Assembly (NCBI GenBank): GCA_963802975.1
Contig: CAWDLA010000008.1
Coordinates: 1,524 to 65,523, forward strand
Origin: an uncultured Gammaproteobacteria bacterium
GTDB lineage: Bacteria; Pseudomonadota; Gammaproteobacteria; Chromatiales; Chromatiaceae
Reading direction: 5' to 3'
Length of the DNA stretch: 64,000 nucleotides
Part shown: one piece after another, positions 20,121 through 31,042 of the stretch
Numbering within the stretch: the first letter of the stretch is position 1
Layout of the letters: each line of letters begins with the position of its first letter
Notes under the pieces: model-generated
What the model saw: only the letters and a program-made list of their open reading frames with translations
Database searches by the model: none
Told to the model about the DNA's origin: nothing
Translations under genes and position numbers: made by a program

Positions 20121-20347
20121 CGATGCTTTCGAATCGCGGCGCGCCGACGACCAAGGGAACGGCCGGAGAAACAGGTACGTTTGACCTGGCTCAACGCGCA
20201 AGGTAATCGCCGATTTTCAGCTTACCGGCACGGCCGCGGTCCGACGTAAGACCTCAGTGTGGCAGGTGCTTCGACAGTTCCCGCCCGGGGCTTCGCCCCC
20301 GGGCGGGTATATCTCGCCCCTTGGGGGCTGGAGATCGGCCTGCAGAG

Positions 20348-21934
20348 CTAGCCGCGTATCTCTACTCCGATATTGTCGAGATACGTCTTGACGGCCGATA
20401 TGGAGACCTCACAGCGGTGAAAGATGCCGGCTGCCAGCGCCGCCTCCACGTCCGTTGCCTCGAAGACCTCGGCGAAGTGCTCGACCTTCCCCGCCCCGCT
20501 GGAAGCGATGACGGGAATGCTCACGGCATCACTGACCGCAGATATCAGCTCCAGGTCGAAGCCGGCGCCCGTTCCGTCCCGGTCGATGGAGTTCAAAAGG
20601 ATCTCGCCGGCGCCCAGCAGCTCGCACACCCGCGCCAGTTCCACCGCGTCCAGGTCCCTGCCCTCGCGCCCACCCTTCACGGTGCACTGAAACCAGCAAT
20701 ACTGCTCGCCGTTCGGGCCCGGGAACTCGGTACGCACCGTGTGATGGCGGGTCTGCTCGGGCGAGTCGACGTAGACCCGGCGCGGATCGACGGAGATGAC
20801 CACCGCTTGATTGCCGTAGACCCGGGCGATCTGCTCGATGGAGCTGTCGCCGGATGGGCCTCCCGACGCCAGATATTGCTCCACGGTAAGCACTGCATCG
20901 CTGCCGATGGATACCTTGTCCGCGCCGGAACGAAAGTAGGCCGAGGCCACGTCGAGCGCCGAGTAGTGACGACCGTCCGCGTCCGTAAACGCGCGAATGC
21001 CGCCACCGATGGTCAGGGGCACGAACACCTTCTCGGATGTGCGCTCCAAGACCTCCAGCATGGGTTGGTCCTGCAGAGGAAAGTCACGAAAGGCGGTGAT
21101 GTTGAGGAAGGTGATCTCGTCCGCCCCCTCCTCGTAATAACGCCGGGCCAGGTCCACCGGCTTACCCAGATTGCGGACCTGTCCCTCCTCGCGCACGTCG
21201 TACTGATCGCCCTTGGTGACCACCAGATCGCCGGCGTCGTTGGCACGCACGTCCAGACAGGCGATGATGCGCTTGGCCAGCCGGGTCTCACCGTCTGCGC
21301 GCGCCCACTCGGCGGCCGCCGGAACGGAAGAACCCGACAGGAATCTCTCCAACAGGCGCAGACCTGCCTCTCCGCTCTTCTCCGGGTGAAATTGAACCGC
21401 GGCCACCCCGCCCTTTTGCACCGCGCTCAGGAGTTCGCAGCCATAGTCGGAGCACGCCAACACCCAATCGGCGTTCGCGGGCTCGGGCACGGCATGGTAG
21501 GAGTGCACGAAGTAGAGCTTCTCACCTTGGTACCCGGCGAACAGGGGAGACTCCCGCAGGAGTCGAACCCCGTTCCAGCCCATGTGGGGAACCGAGAGCC
21601 TGCCGGCCGGGAATCGGCGGATCTTGCCCGGAATGAGCCCGAGACCCGCGACACCGGGCGATTCCTCGCTGCCTTCGAACAGGCACTGCAGTCCGATGCA
21701 GATTCCCAGGAACGGCCTGCCCGCACTCAGATACTCCTTCAGCGGCTCCGCATAGCCCAGCGAATGCAGACGCTGCATCGCCGCCCCGAAGGCGCCTACT
21801 CCGGGAAAGATCAGGCGCTCCGCCTTCAAGATCTCCTCCGGCCTGGATATATCCGTGATCTCAAAGCCGAGCCTGCGGATGGCGTTGCGGAGACTGCGCA
21901 CATTGCCGGCACCGTAATCGAGAAGAGAGATCAT
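20348..21934 (-). CDS. hisHF: Fused imidazole glycerol phosphate synthase HisH-HisF
   Basis: DYGAGN, GICIGLQ, QFHPEKS then LAKRIIACLDV, GADEITFL, NSIDRDGT. Confidence 0.93.
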   Translation of the reverse strand: MISLLDYGAGNVRSLRNAIRRLGFEITDISRPEEILKAERLIFPGVGAFGAAMQRLHSLGYAEPLKEYLSAGRPFLGICIGLQCLFEGSEESPGVAGLGLIPGKIRRFPAGRLSVPHMGWNGVRLLRESPLFAGYQGEKLYFVHSYHAVPEPANADWVLACSDYGCELLSAVQKGGVAAVQFHPEKSGEAGLRLLERFLSGSSVPAAAEWARADGETRLAKRIIACLDVRANDAGDLVVTKGDQYDVREEGQVRNLGKPVDLARRYYEEGADEITFLNITAFRDFPLQDQPMLEVLERTSEKVFVPLTIGGGIRAFTDADGRHYSALDVASAYFRSGADKVSIGSDAVLTVEQYLASGGPSGDSSIEQIARVYGNQAVVISVDPRRVYVDSPEQTRHHTVRTEFPGPNGEQYCWFQCTVKGGREGRDLDAVELARVCELLGAGEILLNSIDRDGTGAGFDLELISAVSDAVSIPVIASSGAGKVEHFAEVFEATDVEAALAAGIFHRCEVSISAVKTYLDNIGVEIRG

Positions 21935-21970
21935 GACCCTACAACCTGTCGGATTCGAGAAACGCGCATT

Positions 21971-23467
21971 TTAATCGAACATCCCCTTCTGGATGCGGCC
22001 GGTTGCCCCCCGGTGGATACGGTCCAGCGTCTCACCGTCGGCGTTCACAAGCTGGATTTCCAGGGGCATCCTGCCAACGGCATGGGTCGCGCAGGACAGG
22101 CAGGGATCGTACGCGCGGATGGCGACCTCGATTTGATTGAGCAGGGGCTCGGTCAGCTCTTTTCCGTCCAGGTAGGTACTTGCCACCTGGCGAATGGACT
22201 CGTTCATGGATTGGTTGTTGCTGGTGGTGGAGACGATCAGATTGGCCCTGGTCACGAGTCCATCTCCATCGATTTCGTAATGATGGAACAGGGTGCCACG
22301 GGGCGCCTCCAAGACGCCGATGCCCTTCTCTTGCATCCCACCTCGCACACGCAAGTCGTCACCGAGCAGATCGGGGTCGTCCAGCAACCCTCTGATGGCC
22401 TCGGCGCAATAGAGCAGCTCGATGAGGCGCGCCCAATGGTTTGCCAGCGCCGCATGCAGCGGCCGGCCCTCCCCCGCCGCCTTGAAGTCCTGGCGCTCCT
22501 GCTCGGCCAGCGGCATGTCAAAGCGGCCGCAGTTGTTGACCCGAGACAGGGGGCCGACTCGGTACCAGCCGTCCTCGGGACCGAGATCGGCGATGAAGGG
22601 GAACTTCATGTAGGACCAGGGCTTGATCTCCTCTTTCAGGAGGCGCTCGTACTCCCGGTAATCCAGGTGATCGAAGATGGTTTCGCCATCGGCATCCTTG
22701 GCGCGAAGACCACCATGGTAAATCTCGAACGCCCCGTCGGCTCGGACCATGCTGAGGGTGCTCGACTCCACCTTGCCAAAGCTGTAGTGGTAGTCCGGGT
22801 TCCGCAGGAAGATCCTTTTCATGAGCTGGACCGCCTCCTCGGCCCATTGGATCATCAGGTCGATATCCTTGAGCAGGTAGTCCCGCTCATCCACATCCAG
22901 CGACTTGTTGACCCCTCCCGGGATGGCGCCTGTTCCGTGAATGCGCCTCCCGGCCGTGACACGGATGACCTCCTGGCCGAACTTGCGCAGCAACACCCCG
23001 CGCTTGGCGATCTGCGGACGGTCCCTGATCAGGCCCAAAATGTTGCGGTGCGCCACCGCATCGTCGAAGCCGAACAGCAGATCCGGGGACGACAAATGGA
23101 AAAAATGCAGGGCGTGGGATTGCAGCGTCTGACCCAGGTGCATGAGCCGTCGCACCTTCTCCGCCGTCGGGGTGAGCAGGTCCACGCCCACCAGCTGGTC
23201 AGTGGCCTTGGCCGCAGCAAGGTGGTGACTGACCGGGCAGATGCCGCACAGGCGCTGCACGAGCACCGGCAGCTCCCAATATGGCCGGCCCTGGATGAAC
23301 TTCTCGAAGCCGCGGAACTCGACGATATGCAGCCGCGCCTGGTGGATGCGGTTGTCCTCGTCCAGCAGCAGAGTGACCTTACCGTGCCCCTCCACCCGGG
23401 TGAGGGGCTCGATGACCACGCGCCTGAGTCCCTCGGGATCGGCGGCGGTTTCCAGTGGGCTGGCCAT
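21971..23467 (-). CDS. hoxH: [NiFe]-hydrogenase large subunit, group 3d-like
   Basis: TRVEGHGK, RLCGICPVSH, DPCLSCATH plus C-terminal extension. Confidence 0.88.
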   Translation of the reverse strand: MASPLETAADPEGLRRVVIEPLTRVEGHGKVTLLLDEDNRIHQARLHIVEFRGFEKFIQGRPYWELPVLVQRLCGICPVSHHLAAAKATDQLVGVDLLTPTAEKVRRLMHLGQTLQSHALHFFHLSSPDLLFGFDDAVAHRNILGLIRDRPQIAKRGVLLRKFGQEVIRVTAGRRIHGTGAIPGGVNKSLDVDERDYLLKDIDLMIQWAEEAVQLMKRIFLRNPDYHYSFGKVESSTLSMVRADGAFEIYHGGLRAKDADGETIFDHLDYREYERLLKEEIKPWSYMKFPFIADLGPEDGWYRVGPLSRVNNCGRFDMPLAEQERQDFKAAGEGRPLHAALANHWARLIELLYCAEAIRGLLDDPDLLGDDLRVRGGMQEKGIGVLEAPRGTLFHHYEIDGDGLVTRANLIVSTTSNNQSMNESIRQVASTYLDGKELTEPLLNQIEVAIRAYDPCLSCATHAVGRMPLEIQLVNADGETLDRIHRGATGRIQKGMFD

Positions 23468-23500
23468 ATCGATATCCCTCCGGCAACAGGGGAAACAGGC

Positions 23501-23872
23501 TCAGAGCATGATCAGGCCCGCGGCGACCTTGCGGCCCTCAGCCATCAGGATGTTGTACGTGCGACACGCAGCTCCCGTGTCCATGATCTCCACGCCGAGG
23601 CCCCGCTGCATCGCGGCGAGATAGGCCCGCGGATCCGGGAAGACCTGGCGCTCTCCGGTGCCGACGATGATGACCTGAGGGTCGAGCTTGACCAGGTCCT
23701 CGAAATGCTCCGCAGTCAAGTCTGCCGCAGACTCGGGGCCCCAACCGGTGAGGACGCGCTCCGGGCTGACGATCAGGCCCTGGGCGTAGATCCGCCCATC
23801 GATGACGATTCGGCCCCGCTCGTAGCCCTGTATCAGGTGACCGTCTTCGGTGTCGGCTTCGGCGAATTTCAT
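23501..23872 (-). CDS. Mth938-like (DUF498) protein
   Basis: IIVGTGERQVF, MDTGAACRTYNILMAEGRKVAA. Confidence 0.9.
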   Translation of the reverse strand: MKFAEADTEDGHLIQGYERGRIVIDGRIYAQGLIVSPERVLTGWGPESAADLTAEHFEDLVKLDPQVIIVGTGERQVFPDPRAYLAAMQRGLGVEIMDTGAACRTYNILMAEGRKVAAGLIML

Positions 23873-23992
23873 GCCGGCAACATACCCGATGGCCGGAATG
23901 CGGACAAGGCGGCGGCTCGCATTTGAATCTTGGACTCCTGGCGGTACACTCTTTCCTTTCGCCCATCCGTCCGTCGTGAGGTTTCCGTCGTC

Positions 23993-25221
23993 GTGCCCCA
24001 TCAGGAATTCCCCCGCATCAAACGCCTGCCGCCCTATGTCTTCAACATCGTCAACGAGCTGAAGGCGGAGGCACGGGCGCGCGGCGAGGACATCATCGAT
24101 TTCGGCATGGGGAACCCGGATCAGCCCACGCCCCAGCACATCGTCGACAAGCTGGTGGAGGTGGCCAAGCGCAAGACCACCCATCGCTACTCTGTCTCCC
24201 GCGGCATCCCGCGCCTGCGCCGCGCCATCTGCAACTGGTACCAAACCCGCTACGACGTGAGCCTGGACCCGGACAGCCAGGCCATCGTGACCATCGGCTC
24301 CAAGGAGGGTCTGGCCCATCTCGCTCTGGCGACCATGGGTGCCGGCGATACGGTACTGGTGCCCAATCCGGCCTATCCGATCCACCCCTACGGCTTCGTC
24401 ATCGCCGGCGCGGACGTCCGCCACGTGCGCATGGTGCCGGGGGTGGATTTCTTCGAGGAGCTGCGCAAAGCGATCCAGGATTCCTGGCCCAAGCCCAAGA
24501 TGCTGGTACTGAACTTTCCGGGCAATCCCACCACCCAGTGCGTGGAGCTGGATTTCTTCGAGGAAATCGTCGCCATCGCCCGCGAGCACGGCATCTGGGT
24601 GGTCCACGATCTGGCCTATGCCGACATCGTGTTCGACGGCTACAAGGCGCCCTCGATCCTGCAGGTGCCGGGCGCCGAGGAGGTTGCGGTGGAGTTCTTC
24701 TCCCTGTCCAAGAGCTACAACATGCCCGGCTGGCGCGTCGGCTTCATGTGCGGCAACCGGGAGCTGGTCGGCGCCCTGGCGCGCATCAAGTCCTACCTGG
24801 ACTACGGCATCTTCACGCCCATCCAGGTGGCGGCCATCGCCGCCCTGGAAGGCCCCCAGGACTGCGTGGCCGAGATCCGCGACCGCTATCAGAGCCGGCG
24901 CGACGTGCTGTGCGACGGCCTCAATGCAGCCGGCTGGGCGATCGAGAAGCCCAAGGCGACCATGTTCGTGTGGGCGCGCATCCCGGACCAGTGCCGGAGC
25001 AGTTACGCGAACAGCAGGGCGACTCGGAAGGCAGCTCCGTATCTCTCGAGTTTTCCAAGAAGCTGCTGGCCGAGGCCAAGGTGGCGGTCTCACCGGGCAT
25101 CGGCTTCGGCCAGTACGGCGACGACCACGTGCGCTTCGGCCTGATCGAGAACGAGCACCGCACCCGCCAGGCCGTCCGCGGCATCCGCGACATGTTGCGC
25201 CGCGACGCCTGCGTGCGCTGA
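23993..25221 (+). CDS. alaC: PLP-dependent alanine transaminase (frameshift near 25010)
   Basis: [44 protein letters not shown]. Confidence 0.9.
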
Positions 25222-25253
25222 AGATATCGAGAGTCATCAATGAGGAGAGTCGA

Positions 25254-26578
25254 ATGGATCCGGTGAACATCGGCCTGTTGGGACTGGGCACCGTCGGCGG
25301 CGGCACGGTCACGGTGCTGACGCGGAAACGCGCGGGAGATCGCCCGCCGCGCAGGACGCGGAATCCGCATCGCCCACGCGGCGGCGCGCGAGTACGATCC
25401 GACGCGCAATCAACGGCCTGGACCAGATCGGGCGTATCTCTGACGATGCCTTCGCCGTGGTGGAACGACCCGCGAGGTCGACATCGTCGTCGAGCTGATC
25501 GGCGGCTACGCGCCGGCGCAGGAGCTGGTGCTGCAAGGCCATCGAGAACGGCAAGCACGTGGTCACCGCCAACAAGGCCCTGATCGCCCTGCACGGCAAC
25601 GAGATCTTCGCCGCCGCCCGAGAGCGCAGGGCGTGATGGTGGCCTTCGAGGCCGCGGTGGCCGGCGGCATCCCCATCATCAAGGCCCTGCGCGAGGGGCT
25701 GGCGGCCAACCGCATCGAGTGGATCGCCGGCATCATCAACGGCACCGGCAACTTCATTCTGACCGAGATGCGCGACAAGGGCCGCGACTTCGCCGACGTG
25801 CTCGCGGAGGCCCAGGCGCCTGGGCTACGCCGAGGCGGATCCCACCTTCGACGTGGAGGGCATCGACGCCGCCCACAAGCTGACCATCCTCGGCTCCATC
25901 GCCTTCGGCATCCCGCTGCAGTTCGACAAGACCTACACCGAGGGCATCTCGAACATCGAGACCCAGGACGTGGCCTACGCCGCGGAGCTGGGCTATCGCA
26001 TCAAGCACCTGGGCATCGCCCGCAAGACCGGCGACGGCATCGAGATGCGGGTGCACCCCACCCTGATCCCCCAGCGCCGGCTGATCGCCAACGTCGACGG
26101 CGTCATGAATGCGGTGCTGGTCAAGGGCGATGCCGTGGGCCCGACCCTCTACTACGGCGCCGGCGCCGGCGCCGAGCCCACCGCCTCGGCGGTGGTGGCG
26201 GACCTGGTGGACGTGGTCCGCGCCCTGACCACCGACCCCAACAACCGGGTGCCGCATCTGGCCTTCCAGCCCGACGAGCTCTCGGACATGCCCATGCTGC
26301 CCATGGACCAGGTCGAGACCGCCTACTACCTGCGCATTACCGCGCTGGACCAACCCGGCGTCATGGCCCGCATCGCCGGCATCCTGGGCGAGGAAGGGAT
26401 CAGCATCGAGGCCATCGTGCAGAAGGAGCCGGAGGAAGGAGACACCCAGGTGCCGCTCATCATGCTCAGTCACAGAGTCCTGGAAGGGCGCATGAATCAG
26501 GCCATTGCGCGGATCGAGGCCCTGGATTCGGTCAAGGGAGAGGTGGTTCGCATCCGGGTGGAGCATTTGGCGGGCTGA
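25254..26578 (+). CDS. hom: Homoserine dehydrogenase with ACT domain (several indels)
   Basis: [50 protein letters not shown]. Confidence 0.9.
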
Positions 26579-26619
26579 GAGTTGCCTGTACGTCGCGCTC
26601 CGGTCCGACTTCCAAAGAC

Positions 26620-26677
26620 TGTGGGTCAGACTTCAGTCCGACTTCCGACGCCCTGTCGGGCGCAAGCCCTACCCACA
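26620..26677. repeat. REP-like palindromic pair
   Basis: GTGGGTCAGACTTCAGTCCGAC ... GTCGGGCGCAAGCCCTACCCAC; related copy at 38089-38105. Confidence 0.5.
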
Positions 26678-26724
26678 CAGGAGAAACCAAGTCCACACCG
26701 AGAAAGGTCTCCGGATCCAGATCC

Positions 26725-27771
26725 ATGGCAGCGAACGGCCGCATAGACCTGCTGATCCCCGGCCTGCTCGGCCCGATACCGGTGCTGCCCGGGGATCTGC
26801 CGGACCTACCCTCTTTATCCCGGCTCCTGGGAAAGGCCGACAGCCGTCAGGGCGCCGGCACGGATATCATCAGCGTCCTGTTCGAGCGCTTCGGAATGGA
26901 TCTCGCCCCGGACCGGGACCCGCCGAGCGCTGCCTTCAGCCGTCTAGCCGACGGACCGGACGCTCCGAGCGGGGGTCACTGGCTCCACGCAGACCCCGTG
27001 CACCTGCGCCCGGATCGTGACCGGCTGTTACTCTTCGACTCCCGCCATCTCGGCCTGGAGCAGCAGGAGACCGACTCCCTGATCGAGCTATTCAACGGCC
27101 ACTTCGCCGCAGACGGCCTGAACCTGGAGGCCCCCTCCCGCGCACGCTGGTACCTGCGCCTGGCGCAGCCCCCCGGCATCCGTACCCGCCCGCTCGCCGA
27201 CGTCATCGGGCGCGACATCGGACGGTCCTATCTAAGGGGGGACGAAGCGAAGCAATGGATGCGATGGCTCAACGAGGCGCAGATGCTCTTCCACCATTCG
27301 GACGTGAACCGGCAAAGGGAGCTCACCGGGCGGCCCGGGGTGAGCGGTATCTGGCCCTGGGGTGGCGGCTCGCTTCCCGCGGCCATGCCCCGGCCCCGAT
27401 ACCGGTCGGTCTTCGCCGACGCCCCCCTCGCGGTTGGTCTGGGTATCGCCACCGGTGCCCAAACCCATCGGCTACCCCGGGACCCGTGCGAGATACCGGG
27501 CGAAGGACGGACGGAACCGGCACTGCTGCTCTGGGATGCCCTCTGGCCCGCGGTGCTGGACGCAGACGCCGACACCTGGATTCGGGAGCTATCGCGGCTG
27601 GATGACTGGATCCTCGGGCTGGTCAATCGGCTCAAAGCCGGCGGGCTCGCGCAGATCGACCTCTTTCCCTGCGACGGAACGCGCCTTGCGGTTAAGCGCA
27701 GCGCCCTGCGGCGGTTCTGGCGCCGCTCGGTGGACATTGGCGGGAAGATACAAAGGACGCCGACGGGTTAA
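26725..27771 (+). CDS. Phosphoglycerate mutase-like hypothetical protein
   Basis: WLHADPVHL, WLNEAQMLFH, VN..RE..G..SGIWPWG. Confidence 0.75.
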   Translation: MAANGRIDLLIPGLLGPIPVLPGDLPDLPSLSRLLGKADSRQGAGTDIISVLFERFGMDLAPDRDPPSAAFSRLADGPDAPSGGHWLHADPVHLRPDRDRLLLFDSRHLGLEQQETDSLIELFNGHFAADGLNLEAPSRARWYLRLAQPPGIRTRPLADVIGRDIGRSYLRGDEAKQWMRWLNEAQMLFHHSDVNRQRELTGRPGVSGIWPWGGGSLPAAMPRPRYRSVFADAPLAVGLGIATGAQTHRLPRDPCEIPGEGRTEPALLLWDALWPAVLDADADTWIRELSRLDDWILGLVNRLKAGGLAQIDLFPCDGTRLAVKRSALRRFWRRSVDIGGKIQRTPTG

Positions 27772-27840
27772 GGCGATCTCTGCCAGAACACATACCTCTT
27801 CGGCAATCGCTTAACGCCGACCGGGACCGCGAGCCCGCAG

Positions 27841-28224
27841 CTACCGGGCGATGGTCAGGATCTTCCAGGTCCCGTCGACCTTGCAGAAATCCACGTTGGA
27901 GGTGGCGCTTCCCCGGGTTGCCTTACTGGCCAAGCTGACGACACTGAGCCGGCGGCAATCGCGCCCGTCCCGGGTGAAGCTGCGGACAGGCGTCAGGGTC
28001 CCGGAGCTTCCGGTTTGCTCGTTGCTCCAGCTGACGGCTTCCCCATCCGCGCTATTGTCCAGGGCCTGGTCCGCGGCATCGCTCATCATCTTGAGGTCCG
28101 CGTCGTTGAAGAAGCGGATCGGCGCCTGGTCGAGAAAGGTGAGATCCAGGGCTTGGACCAGTGCAGGTGCAGCGAAGGCGGAGAGGGCGAACAGGGTGGC
28201 CGTGAGGGTTCTCTTGATGCGCAT
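27841..28224 (-). CDS. Secreted 17-kDa surface antigen-like protein
   Basis: Signal peptide; WSNEQTGSSG..CR..FCK..GTW. Confidence 0.75.
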   Translation of the reverse strand: MRIKRTLTATLFALSAFAAPALVQALDLTFLDQAPIRFFNDADLKMMSDAADQALDNSADGEAVSWSNEQTGSSGTLTPVRSFTRDGRDCRRLSVVSLASKATRGSATSNVDFCKVDGTWKILTIAR

Positions 28225-28293
28225 GATGGGGTCCCTTGGAGGCTTAAACGCGTGCGGCCGATTATAGTTCAACGCCGCTTTTAGCGGCGGATC

Positions 28294-28380
28294 ATCCTAG
28301 AAGCGGCGACAGCATCGCTTTATCGCGCAGGATCGAGCGGTTGGTTGTGGCGCGAAGCGGTTAACGGCCGTTTCTAGGAT
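28294..28380. repeat. Short inverted-repeat-bounded element
   Basis: ATCCTAGAAGCGGC ... GCCGTTTCTAGGAT. Confidence 0.45.
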
Positions 28381-28862
28381 CATCGGCCGATGCTCATAAG
28401 CTTGGCGTTCAAAAGGCGCAGGGCGTCCTGCGTATCCAGGGCGATGATGTAGCCCCGTTTGCCGCCGTTGATGTAGATCCTCGGAAGCTCGGTGATAGCG
28501 CGCTCGCAGCAGACGGGCATGGCGCGCCGCGTCCCGAACGGCGACGTACCCCCGACCTGATAGCCCGAGTGGCGGTCGGCGGTCTTTGGGTCGCAGGGGC
28601 GGATCTGCTTGACGCCCAGCTCTCGTGCCAGGGCCTTGGTGGAGACCTCCCGGTCGCCGTGCATGAGCACGATCAGGGGATTCGCGGCCTCGTCTTCCAT
28701 GATCAGGGTCTTGATCACAAGGTGCTCGTCGACACCCAACTCCGCGGCGAACCGGGCCGTGCCCCCGCCCTCCACATACTCGTAAGGATGGTCCTTGAAG
28801 GAGACCCCCGCCTTGCGCAGCACCCGAACTGCTCGGGTAACGGGTCCTTTCTTCGCCGCCAT
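28380..28862 (-). CDS. ybaK: Cys-tRNA(Pro) deacylase
   Basis: VIKTL, GYQVGGTSPFG, INGGKRG. Confidence 0.9.
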   Translation of the reverse strand: MAAKKGPVTRAVRVLRKAGVSFKDHPYEYVEGGGTARFAAELGVDEHLVIKTLIMEDEAANPLIVLMHGDREVSTKALARELGVKQIRPCDPKTADRHSGYQVGGTSPFGTRRAMPVCCERAITELPRIYINGGKRGYIIALDTQDALRLLNAKLMSIGR

Positions 28863-28867
28863 CAGCC

Positions 28868-29470
28868 TCAATCCTCCCGCCGCCAAACCAAGGTCCGGTT
28901 GTTCACGGGCATTTCGTGGTCCCGTACCAGGATCAGCCCCCCCTCCCTGGCCAGGTCGTCGAGGCGCTCGAAATCCTTGATCCCGCTGCGGGGGTCCCGG
29001 GCCTTCAGCCAGCCGTCGAAGCGGGCGTTGCTCTCGCTGGTGAAGGCCCCCGCGTAGTTGAAGGGGCCGTAGAGGGTGAAGGTTCCACCAGGGACCAATA
29101 CCCGCGGGACACCGCGGAACATGGCCGCCACCTCGCTCTCGGACATGATGTGCGCGCTGTTGGCGCTGAAGACCGCGTCGAAGCGGCCCTGCGGCCAGGG
29201 ACCGGTCACGTCCAGGATCAGCGGCGGCGGCAGGTTGGGCAGCCCGGCATCGTCGAGCCACAGCCGTATTCCCGGCAGGTTCTCGCCCAGGTCGCTGGAT
29301 TGCCAGATGAGATGCGGAAAAGCGGCCGCGAAGTAGACCGCGTGTTGTCCGGTGCCGCTGCCGATCTCCAGGAGAGACTTGGCCGCGCCCAGGTGTTGGG
29401 CGAGAACCTCACGCAGGGGCGCTCGGTTCTCGTCACAGGCTTGGGAGTACGGCTTGTCTGCGTTGGTCAT
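28868..29470 (-). CDS. DUF938 SAM-dependent methyltransferase
   Basis: LEIGSGTGQH, LYGPF, SNARFD, MPVNN. Confidence 0.9.
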   Translation of the reverse strand: MTNADKPYSQACDENRAPLREVLAQHLGAAKSLLEIGSGTGQHAVYFAAAFPHLIWQSSDLGENLPGIRLWLDDAGLPNLPPPLILDVTGPWPQGRFDAVFSANSAHIMSESEVAAMFRGVPRVLVPGGTFTLYGPFNYAGAFTSESNARFDGWLKARDPRSGIKDFERLDDLAREGGLILVRDHEMPVNNRTLVWRRED

Positions 29471-29648
29471 CTGCGTCCCCGTAAGAATCCGAAAACTGTA
29501 TGCCCCGTGTTCTCCATTGCGAAAACTCCGCGGCGGTTTCGCCGGGTAATCCGCTATCATCTGCAGTCAGGGCGGAGTCTGACCCCGCAAGGGCGCCCAA
29601 CCAACCGGAGATCGAATTCGACAGAGCGACGAACTGCGAATCACGCGA

Positions 29649-30191
29649 ATGCTTCCTTTCAGCCTGACCAGCTTCTTGAAGTACCTGATCGGCGTCCTGC
29701 TGCTCCAGGGCGTAACCGTACTGCTGGTGATCACCGCCTTCAAGACCGACCTGGAGAAGACCGGTCTGCTGTTTGTGCTGCTCAACCTGGCCATCGGCGC
29801 GCTGACCGCCTTGTGGTTCACCTCCATGGCCGAGGGCACGCGCAAACAGGCCCTCGCGCGGGCAAAGGAATCCTTCGCCAAGGAGCGCGAGAAGATCCGC
29901 GTGCGCGCCGAGCAACAGAAGACCAAGGAGGTACGGAACAGTCAGCGCCGGGTGCAGAGGGAGAAGACCCGAGGCCAAAAGAGCAGCAATGTAAAGACCG
30001 GGCTGATGCTGGGCGGGGCCGCCGGAGTCGGTGTCTTCATGGTGCTGACCCAATTCGTGACCCTGGGCCTGCTGACCCTGACCACCGCAGGCGGGGCCGC
30101 TTTGGGTTACGGACTGCGCGCCCGCCAGGACCGGCTGGGCTTCGGCGGAAAGGGCCTGCTGCGCAGCGAGAAGGCGGTCGAACGTCCTTGA
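29649..30191 (+). CDS. Hypothetical membrane protein
   Basis: Two TM pairs separated by a coiled coil. Confidence 0.7.
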   Translation: MLPFSLTSFLKYLIGVLLLQGVTVLLVITAFKTDLEKTGLLFVLLNLAIGALTALWFTSMAEGTRKQALARAKESFAKEREKIRVRAEQQKTKEVRNSQRRVQREKTRGQKSSNVKTGLMLGGAAGVGVFMVLTQFVTLGLLTLTTAGGAALGYGLRARQDRLGFGGKGLLRSEKAVERP

Positions 30192-30259
30192 GGCCAAGCC
30201 TGCCGCAGCTGCCATCGAAGACAAGAAGAATACACGCAATGCTGCGGCTGAGGGCTGAG

Positions 30260-31042
30260 ATGGACCGAAAAATCATCCTTTACGTGCTCGGCGCCGCAGC
30301 ACTTGGCTTCATCGGTATCATGATGCTGATGCCCGAGGAGCGGAGCGACGGTGTGGTGCGCCTGCCCTGGCTGGTCTCCGCGGACGAGCAGGGCCGAACC
30401 CTGGTGTTCGGATTCACGATCGGCGATACGACCCTCGGTGAGGTGCGCGCCGCCTTTGGCGAGGAGGGCAAGATCAACCTGTTCACCCACCCCGATCGCG
30501 CGGACAGATACTCGGTCGAGGCCTACTTCGACCAGATGTATCTAAACGGCCTGCGCGCGGATTTCGTCATCACGCTCGATGCGGACCAGGCGGAGCTCGC
30601 GGCCATGTACGAGCGCGGGCTGCGCATCAGTCAACTCGGCAGTGGCGGCAAGAAGGTCACGCTCGCGCCGCAAGACATCGAAGCCCTCCAGCGATCTCCC
30701 ATTCGCGTGATCACCTACCTGCCGTGGAAGTCCCTGGACGGCGAAATCCTGGAGAAACGCTTCGGCAAACCCGACGAGAGGTTTACCGAACCTACGGGCG
30801 TCACCCATTGGCTATACCCGAGCAAGGGCATGGACATAGGGCTCGACAGGGACGGCGGCGTCGTCATTCAATACGTGGATGCGGGGGAGTTCGAAGATCT
30901 CGTCGCGCTGTTGGAAGGCAAGCCGGAATCGGTTGAGCTGACGCCGAAAACGGCAATCCACCGGGCTCTTCTTCTGCGCAATAGGGCCGGGATTCCCCCC
31001 GCGCACGTTAAGGCGAATTCCGAAAAATCTCATACTACCTAG
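30260..31042 (+). CDS. Hypothetical membrane-anchored periplasmic protein
   Basis: N-terminal TM from MDRKII; LPW, EAYF, RFGKP, HWLYP. Confidence 0.7.
   Translation: MDRKIILYVLGAAALGFIGIMMLMPEERSDGVVRLPWLVSADEQGRTLVFGFTIGDTTLGEVRAAFGEEGKINLFTHPDRADRYSVEAYFDQMYLNGLRADFVITLDADQAELAAMYERGLRISQLGSGGKKVTLAPQDIEALQRSPIRVITYLPWKSLDGEILEKRFGKPDERFTEPTGVTHWLYPSKGMDIGLDRDGGVVIQYVDAGEFEDLVALLEGKPESVELTPKTAIHRALLLRNRAGIPPAHVKANSEKSHTT

Noticed and set aside
20321-25594. Long ORFs 20321-23926 (+) and the upstream part of 23501-25594 (-)
   Set aside because: Antisense shadows of hisHF, hoxH and alaC in high-GC DNA.
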